DNA of 64,000 nucleotides from Escherichia coli (GTDB lineage Bacteria; Pseudomonadota; Gammaproteobacteria; Enterobacterales; Enterobacteriaceae): NCBI RefSeq assembly GCF_022846255.1, contig NZ_AP025682.1; one strand, 5' to 3'. Shown piece by piece: positions 56,639 to 64,000 of this stretch (position 1 is its first letter; each line of letters starts with the position of its first letter). The notes under the pieces were generated by a model. It saw only the letters and a program-made list of their open reading frames with translations, ran no database searches and was not told where the DNA came from. The position numbers and the translations under genes were made by a program.

Positions 56639-57121
56639 TCACGCAAAACAGAGTTCCTGTTCAGGAATACTTTCAACATCACAGTTGTCACTGCCGCCGC
56701 GATCGATGGTCAGAAAATCGGTGACGCGCTGCCAGGCGAAAAGTGGGTGATGCCAGACGTTACGATGGTAATTCACTCCCTGTTCGCCATTGGTAATAAA
56801 CGCCCGCAGGGTTGACAGGTCTGGTTTGTCGTCACCTAACGCCACCACCACCACAAACACTTCACCTTTCATCGGGATAAACGCCTGTGTACCCAGCGGA
56901 TGACGTTCGAGTTCGTGAATAGTCAGCGGCAGATTCGCCGGTTGCGCGCGGTTAATGCTGATAAGCGTACGGTCTTGCTCAAGAATCTCAACCAGCGCCA
57001 AATCGTGGTAACGCTCCACCAGTCCATTGTTAATATGGAAAAAATCCCGTTTCTGCGTTTCGATTACGTCGCCATAAGCACTAAAGGCTTCCTGACTTAA
57101 CGGTAATACCTGAAGTTTCAT
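56639..57121 (-). CDS. allA: Ureidoglycolate lyase AllA
   Basis: 160 aa. Confidence 0.95.
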   Translation of the reverse strand: MKLQVLPLSQEAFSAYGDVIETQKRDFFHINNGLVERYHDLALVEILEQDRTLISINRAQPANLPLTIHELERHPLGTQAFIPMKGEVFVVVVALGDDKPDLSTLRAFITNGEQGVNYHRNVWHHPLFAWQRVTDFLTIDRGGSDNCDVESIPEQELCFA

Positions 57122-57226
57122 CTTTTTGTCCTTGTAACATAATTCCGTTCAACCACCGCCGACCGGTCAGCTTGGTTTCAATAACAGGCAATCTAAAACC
57201 TTAAGAGAACAACATCAATACAAAAG

Positions 57227-57243
57227 TTGGAATATTTTTCCAA
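57227..57243. promoter_or_regulatory. AllR operator palindrome TTGGAATATTTTTCCAA in the allA-allS intergenic region
   Basis: Palindrome with the same TTGGAA...TTCCAA half-sites as the gcl site. Confidence 0.7.
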
Positions 57244-57350
57244 AACTAGATTTAGTCCACAAATTGAACAGGGTTATCATGTAAAAATACTGATAAATCA
57301 GAGGATAAGAAAATCACGCAACTTGCGGATTTAAAAGGGGATACCTGAAG

Positions 57351-58277
57351 ATGTTCGATCCAGAAACCTTGCGGACTTTCATTGCGGTTGCTGAAACAGG
57401 AAGTTTTTCAAAAGCGGCAGAACGATTATGTAAAACCACGGCGACGATCAGTTATCGCATTAAACTTCTGGAAGAGAATACCGGAGTGGCGCTGTTTTTC
57501 CGCACGACTCGCAGCGTGACGTTGACGGCGGCTGGCGAGCATCTACTTTGTCAGGCCAGAGACTGGCTGAGCTGGCTGGAAAGTATGCCCAGCGAGTTAC
57601 AACAGGTGAATGATGGCGTGGAACGCCAAGTGAATATCGTCATCAACAACCTGCTCTATAACCCCCAGGCCGTTGCCAGGCTGCTGGCGTGGCTAAATGA
57701 ACGTTACCCGTTTACCCAATTTCACATCTCCCGACAAATCTATATGGGCGTCTGGGACTCGCTATTGTACGAAGGTTTTTCACTGGCTATCGGCGTCACG
57801 GGAACCGAGGCGCTGGCAAATACCTTTAGTCTTGATCCCTTAGGATCGGTGCAATGGCGCTTTGTCATGGCGGCGGAGCATCCGCTGGCGAACGTTGAAG
57901 AGCCGCTAACAGAAGCACAGTTGCGGCGCTTTCCGGCGGTCAATATTGAAGACAGCGCCCGCACCTTAACCAAACGCGTCGCCTGGCGATTGCCGGGGCA
58001 AAAAGAGATTATTGTTCCCGATATGGAAACGAAAATCGCCGCCCATCTGGCGGGCGTTGGCATTGGTTTTTTGCCAAAATCACTTTGCCAGTCAATGATC
58101 GATAATCAACAACTGGTCAGCCGGGTAATCCCAACGATGCGCCCTCCTTCGCCATTGAGTCTGGCATGGCGCAAATTTGGCAGCGGCAAAGCGGTAGAAG
58201 ATATTGTGACCTTGTTTACCCAGCGCAGGCCGGAAATCAGCGGATTTTTAGAAATTTTCGGCAACCCACGCAGTTAA
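57351..58277 (+). CDS. allS: LysR-type activator AllS
   Basis: 308 aa with N-terminal LysR HTH. Confidence 0.95.
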   Translation: MFDPETLRTFIAVAETGSFSKAAERLCKTTATISYRIKLLEENTGVALFFRTTRSVTLTAAGEHLLCQARDWLSWLESMPSELQQVNDGVERQVNIVINNLLYNPQAVARLLAWLNERYPFTQFHISRQIYMGVWDSLLYEGFSLAIGVTGTEALANTFSLDPLGSVQWRFVMAAEHPLANVEEPLTEAQLRRFPAVNIEDSARTLTKRVAWRLPGQKEIIVPDMETKIAAHLAGVGIGFLPKSLCQSMIDNQQLVSRVIPTMRPPSPLSLAWRKFGSGKAVEDIVTLFTQRRPEISGFLEIFGNPRS

Positions 58278-58330
58278 AAATCAAGTTTCCTTGCGCGTTG
58301 GCGCGTAAAATAGCGCGCAAGCTGATTTGA

Positions 58331-59440
<1,110 letters not shown>

Positions 59441-59466
59441 TGGGGGATTCTGTGCACGCTGTTCAT

Positions 59467-59665
59467 GCCGGATGCGGCGTGAACGCCTTATCCAGCCTAC
59501 AGGTGAGTGCTGTTTCGTAGGCATGATAAGACGCGCCTGCGTCGCATCTGGCATCGGCGCACAACTGCCAGATGCGGCGTAAACGCCTTATCCGGCCTAC
59601 ACAATCTTGCAAAATCAATATATTGCTCGATCCTCGTAGGCCTGATAAGCGAAGCGCATCAGGCA
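59467..59665. repeat. REP / BIME cluster (at least three palindromic units) between selU and ybbP
   Basis: Repeated gccggatgcggcgtgaacgccttatcc(a/g)gcctac-type units in alternating orientation. Confidence 0.8.
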
Positions 59666-59680
59666 ATCTAACGCCTGTCA

Positions 59681-62095
59681 TCATCCCGCAAACTGCCTGA
59701 ACAGCGCCTTACCCTTAACCAGTCGCGCACCCAGCCAGCCGCCGCAAAGCGACAGCAGCAGCGCACCGCTGCACGGCAGAACAATCCACAATCGCCAGTC
59801 TGGCTCCCACGGGAAATCAAACACTTTCGATTGCAGTACCGCCAGTGCCGTTTCCGCACCAATTGCGGCCACCAGGCCAGAAACAAACCCGATCATGGCG
59901 AACTCACACCACAATGTCGTGCGCAGTAGTTTTTTCCCCGCACCGAGTGTGCGCCACACCACCAGCTCCTGATGACGCTGACGCATTCCCACCTGCACCT
60001 GTGCCAGCAACAGCAACATACCGCAGGCGGTGACCAGCACCACCATCACTTCCAGCGCCCGACTTACCTGCTCCAGCACCTGACCGACCTGTTTTAAAAT
60101 CGCGCCAATGTCTAACAGGCTAATGGTAGGGAACTGGCGGTTGAGTTGCGTCAACATGCCGTTGCCATTCTCCCAGCGGAAACTGGTAAGCCAGCTCTGC
60201 GGTTGCCCGTCTAATGCCCCTTCCGGGAAAATAAAATAGAAATTAGGCCGCAGACTTTCCCAGTCCACTTTGCGCAGGCTGGTCACTTTAGCGCGGAACT
60301 CCTGGGTATCGCCCATAAAGGTGACTGTATCGCCGAGGCCAACGTTTAAGCGTTTCGCCAGCCCCTCTTCCATCGACACTTCATCGGCTTTTGGCGGCCA
60401 GTTACCGGCGACAATCGGATTATGATCGGGCCGCGTATTTTGCCAGGTAAGATTGAGTTCGCGGTTAAGCGCCTCATCTTCATTGCCTTCTGTCGGCTTG
60501 TCGTTAATCGCCGTCAGTCGCGCCCGCACCACCGGATAAAATGATTCCGGGACTATCTGATGTTCCGCGAGGAACGTTTTTAGCGGCGTAACCTGTTCTG
60601 TGGCGATGTTGATTAAAAAGTAGTTCGGGCTTTCTGGCGGTAGCTGCTGTTGCCAGCGGTCGAGCAGATCGCCACGCAATACCAGCAACAGCGCCAGCAG
60701 CATAAAGGAGAGCGAAAATGCCGAAAGCTGGCTTAACGTTGACCACGGCTGACGTAACAGGCGGCTAACCGCCAGGCGCAGAGGTAGCGATTTCAGCGTC
60801 ATGCGGCGAAGTACATTCAGCAGCATCCAGCCCAGCACACCGCACAGCAAAGCCAGTACTACCGCGCCCGCCAGCACCGCCCAGAGCAGCATACTGCCGC
60901 CCATTAATCCGGCGAGCAGCAGCACAACCACCACACTGACAATCGGCAGATAAAACTTCAGCGGCCAGACGTTCGCGACCACATCATTACGCAATACGCG
61001 TAAAGGCTGCGTTGCCAGCAACAAGCGGTACGGTCGTAGCCCCACCAGCAGCGAGATGACCGTCATGGTGCCCAGCGCCCACAGCCACGGCCAGAGGCTG
61101 GCTGGCGGTAGTGCAGCAGGCAGAACGGGCTTGAGCAGCACCATCAACACGTTTTCGAACAACAGGCCTATCGCCCCACCGGTAACGGCTGAAAGCGTCA
61201 GCACCATCAACCACTGACCGACGATTAGCTTACGCAGTTGCGCTCGCCCTGCCCCCAGCGTTTTGAGGATCGCCACCAGATCGTAGCGACTGCGACAGTA
61301 ATGATTCATCGCTACCGCCACCGCTGCCACTGCCAGCAGCAAGGTCAGAAGCGCCGAAAGTAGCAGGAACTGTTGCGAACGTTCCATCGAGCGCCCCAGC
61401 GCGCCTTCGTCCTGTTCCAGACCGTACCAGCGTTGTTCGGGTTTAAGCTGGGGTAACAACCATTTCTCATAGCCGTCGAGCTGGTTCTCGTTGCCGCCGA
61501 ATTTATAGCGCCAGGTGACCCGACTTCCCGGCTGCACGGCTCCGGTTTTATCAACATCCGCCAGATTCATCATCAGGCGTGGGGCTATCTGGAAAGGATT
61601 AAAACCGGAATCCGGTTCCTGAATCACTTCTCCGGCAATCCGCAAGGTGGCATCGCCCACGTCAATGGTGTCGCCCGTTTTCAGGTTAAGCAGTGCCATC
61701 AGGCGTGGGGCCAGCAATACGCTGCCCGCCTGTGGTTTCAGGCCAGGGGGATTGGTTTGCAGATCGCCATACATCGGGTAGATATCATCCACCGCTTTGA
61801 CGTTCGCCAGTTGCGGCGTATCGCCCGCAAAAGTCATCGTGGCGAAAGTCAGCTGCTTGCCGACTTTCAGGCCGCGCTTTTGCGCTTCCTCCAGCCATGC
61901 TTGCGGCACTTCGCGCGAACTGCGCAACGCCCGATCGCCCGCCATAAACTCCCGGCTTTGCTGGCTTAAGCCCTTCTCCATGCGATCGCTGATGTTGCCC
62001 AGCGCCAGCACGCAGGCCACCGCCAGGCTTAGCGCCAGCCAGACAATTAACAGCGACGGCGAGCGCCATTCGCGCCAGAACCAACGTGCAATCAT
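59681..62095 (-). CDS. ybbP: ABC transporter permease YbbP (FtsX-like)
   Basis: 804 aa. Confidence 0.93.
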   Translation of the reverse strand: MIARWFWREWRSPSLLIVWLALSLAVACVLALGNISDRMEKGLSQQSREFMAGDRALRSSREVPQAWLEEAQKRGLKVGKQLTFATMTFAGDTPQLANVKAVDDIYPMYGDLQTNPPGLKPQAGSVLLAPRLMALLNLKTGDTIDVGDATLRIAGEVIQEPDSGFNPFQIAPRLMMNLADVDKTGAVQPGSRVTWRYKFGGNENQLDGYEKWLLPQLKPEQRWYGLEQDEGALGRSMERSQQFLLLSALLTLLLAVAAVAVAMNHYCRSRYDLVAILKTLGAGRAQLRKLIVGQWLMVLTLSAVTGGAIGLLFENVLMVLLKPVLPAALPPASLWPWLWALGTMTVISLLVGLRPYRLLLATQPLRVLRNDVVANVWPLKFYLPIVSVVVVLLLAGLMGGSMLLWAVLAGAVVLALLCGVLGWMLLNVLRRMTLKSLPLRLAVSRLLRQPWSTLSQLSAFSLSFMLLALLLVLRGDLLDRWQQQLPPESPNYFLINIATEQVTPLKTFLAEHQIVPESFYPVVRARLTAINDKPTEGNEDEALNRELNLTWQNTRPDHNPIVAGNWPPKADEVSMEEGLAKRLNVGLGDTVTFMGDTQEFRAKVTSLRKVDWESLRPNFYFIFPEGALDGQPQSWLTSFRWENGNGMLTQLNRQFPTISLLDIGAILKQVGQVLEQVSRALEVMVVLVTACGMLLLLAQVQVGMRQRHQELVVWRTLGAGKKLLRTTLWCEFAMIGFVSGLVAAIGAETALAVLQSKVFDFPWEPDWRLWIVLPCSGALLLSLCGGWLGARLVKGKALFRQFAG

Positions 62096-62778
62096 GCTTC
62101 CTCCTGCAACTGCCCGTTCACCAGCCGTAAGCAGCGGTCACAGCGTGCCGCCAGTTGCAGGTCGTGGGTCACCATAATCAACGTGGTGCCATGTTCACGG
62201 TTGAGGGAAAACAGCAGGTCGGCAATTTTATCGCCCGTCTGGCGGTCAAGGTTGCCGGTGGGTTCGTCGGCAAACAGCACATCAGGCCGACCGTTAAAGG
62301 CACGCGCCAGCGCCACTCGTTGCTGTTCGCCGCCGGAAAGCTGTGCCGGAAGATGATCAAGACGTTTACCCAGCCCTAACTGTTCGAGCAACGCTTTCGC
62401 CCCGTTACGACTTTCTGCGCTACTCTCACCACGCAGCAGCGCCGGAAGCTCGACGTTTTCCAGCGCGTTAAGGGTAGGAATTAACATAAATGACTGAAAA
62501 ACAAAGCCTACGTGCTTCGCGCGCAACTTTGCCCGCGCTTCTTCGTCCATATTATGTAGCGGTTGTCCCACCAGATTTACTTCGCCACTGCTGCCGTCAT
62601 CCAGTCCGGCGAGGATCGCCAGCAACGTTGACTTACCCGATCCCGACTCGCCCACCAGCGCGATGGTCTCGCCACGTTTGACAACCAGCTCAACTCCGGT
62701 GAGGATGGAGAGTTCATGCTCCCCCTGACCGACGGACTTCTTAAGATGATGAACTTCAACAATGTTTTCCGCTGGCAT
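62092..62778 (-). CDS. ybbA: ABC transporter ATP-binding protein YbbA
   Basis: 228 aa with Walker A GESGSGKST and signature LSGGEQQR. Confidence 0.95.
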   Translation of the reverse strand: MPAENIVEVHHLKKSVGQGEHELSILTGVELVVKRGETIALVGESGSGKSTLLAILAGLDDGSSGEVNLVGQPLHNMDEEARAKLRAKHVGFVFQSFMLIPTLNALENVELPALLRGESSAESRNGAKALLEQLGLGKRLDHLPAQLSGGEQQRVALARAFNGRPDVLFADEPTGNLDRQTGDKIADLLFSLNREHGTTLIMVTHDLQLAARCDRCLRLVNGQLQEEA

Positions 62779-63372
62779 TTGCCCTTCCTGTTCCTGGTCC
62801 TGTTAACCTTCCGTGCCGCCGCAGCGGACACGTTATTGATTCTGGGTGATAGCCTGAGCGCCGGGTATCGAATGTCTGCTAGCGCGGCCTGGCCTGCCTT
62901 GTTGAATGATAAGTGGCAGAGTAAAACGTCGGTAGTCAATGCCAGCATCAGCGGCGACACCTCGCAACAAGGGCTGGCGCGCCTTCCGGCTCTGCTGAAA
63001 CAGCATCAGCCGCGCTGGGTGCTGGTAGAACTGGGCGGCAATGACGGTTTGCGTGGTTTTCAGCCACAACAAACCGAGCAAACGCTGCGCCAGATATTGC
63101 AGGATGTCAAAGCCGCCAACGCTGAACCATTGTTAATGCAAATACGTCTGCCTGCAAACTATGGTCGCCGTTATAATGAAGCCTTTAGCGCCATTTACCC
63201 CAAACTCGCCAAAGAGTTTGATGTTCCGCTGCTGCCCTTTTTTATGGAAGAGGTCTACCTCAAACCACAATGGATGCAGGATGACGGTATTCATCCCAAC
63301 CGCGACGCCCAGCCGTTTATTGCCGACTGGATGGCGAAGCAGTTGCAGCCTTTAGTAAATCATGACTCATAA
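62746..63372 (+). CDS. tesA: Acyl-CoA thioesterase I / lysophospholipase L1 TesA
   Basis: Start MMNFNNVFRW... with signal peptide; GDSL motif (GDSLSAG). Confidence 0.95.
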   Translation: MMNFNNVFRWHLPFLFLVLLTFRAAAADTLLILGDSLSAGYRMSASAAWPALLNDKWQSKTSVVNASISGDTSQQGLARLPALLKQHQPRWVLVELGGNDGLRGFQPQQTEQTLRQILQDVKAANAEPLLMQIRLPANYGRRYNEAFSAIYPKLAKEFDVPLLPFFMEEVYLKPQWMQDDGIHPNRDAQPFIADWMAKQLQPLVNHDS

Positions 63373-63400
63373 AGCAACGGAGATCCTGACAGGTAAAGTT

Positions 63401-64000
63401 ATGCAAAAATCGGTCTTAATTACCGGATGTTCCAGTGGAATTGGCCTGGAAAGCGCGCTCGAATTAAAACGCCAGGGTTTTCATGTGCTGGCAGGTTGCC
63501 GGAAACCGGATGATGTTGAGCGCATGAACAGCATGGGATTTACCGGCGTGTTGATCGATCTGGATTCACCAGAAAGTGTTGATCGCGCAGCCGACGAAGT
63601 GATCGCCCTGACCGATAATTGTCTGTATGGGATCTTTAACAATGCCGGATTCGGCATGTATGGCCCCCTTTCCACCATCAGCCGTGCGCAGATGGAACAG
63701 CAGTTTTCCGCCAACTTTTTCGGCGCACACCAGCTCACCATGCGCCTGTTACCCGCGATGTTGCCGCACGGTGAAGGGCGTATTGTGATGACCTCATCGG
63801 TGATGGGATTAATCTCCACACCGGGTCGTGGCGCTTACGCGGCCAGTAAATATGCGCTGGAGGCGTGGTCAGACGCACTGCGCATGGAGCTGCGCCACAG
63901 CGGAATTAAAGTCAGCCTGATCGAACCTGGTCCCATTCGTACTCGCTTCACCGACAACGTCAACCAGACGCAAAGTGATAAACCAGTCGAAAATCCCGGC
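63401..64000 (+). CDS. ybbO: Short-chain dehydrogenase YbbO, N-terminal part (3' end beyond the window)
   Basis: ATG at 63401, frame open to the window end; TGCSSGIG Rossmann motif. Absent from the ORF track because no stop falls in the window. Confidence 0.9.
   Translation, partial: MQKSVLITGCSSGIGLESALELKRQGFHVLAGCRKPDDVERMNSMGFTGVLIDLDSPESVDRAADEVIALTDNCLYGIFNNAGFGMYGPLSTISRAQMEQQFSANFFGAHQLTMRLLPAMLPHGEGRIVMTSSVMGLISTPGRGAYAASKYALEAWSDALRMELRHSGIKVSLIEPGPIRTRFTDNVNQTQSDKPVENPG

Overview
This window reads as Escherichia coli chromosome, in reverse orientation relative to the K-12 MG1655 map, running from the hokE/ybdK neighbourhood to tesA/ybbO. All gene identities and all comparisons to K-12 are from recalled protein sequences and gene order; no database search or alignment was run. 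Content, left to right: the edge of a sugar-catabolism cluster (partial ABC permease plus two short-chain dehydrogenases), two tandem copies of the hok/mok/sok type I toxin-antitoxin locus, ybdK-ybdJ-ybdF-nfsB-ybdG, pheP, the cusCFBA/cusRS copper-silver efflux locus, nfrB-nfrA-ybcH, envY, tRNA-Arg (argU), fimZ and the sfm fimbrial operon, folD-ybcJ-ybcI-cysS-ppiB-lpxH-purEK, the ybcF-ylbF-ylbE-fdrA operon, the allantoin/glyoxylate regulon, selU, and ybbP-ybbA-tesA-ybbO. I found no convincing evidence of a novel, undescribed system. The points most worth a second look are strain-level differences from K-12: the tandem hok/sok duplication, the accessory DNA at the left edge, no prophage at argU, no rhsD element between selU and ybbP, and an intact ylbE. 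Many ORF-track entries are N-terminally over-extended because the track accepts non-ATG starts; I trimmed starts where protein N-termini and ribosome-binding sites supported it.
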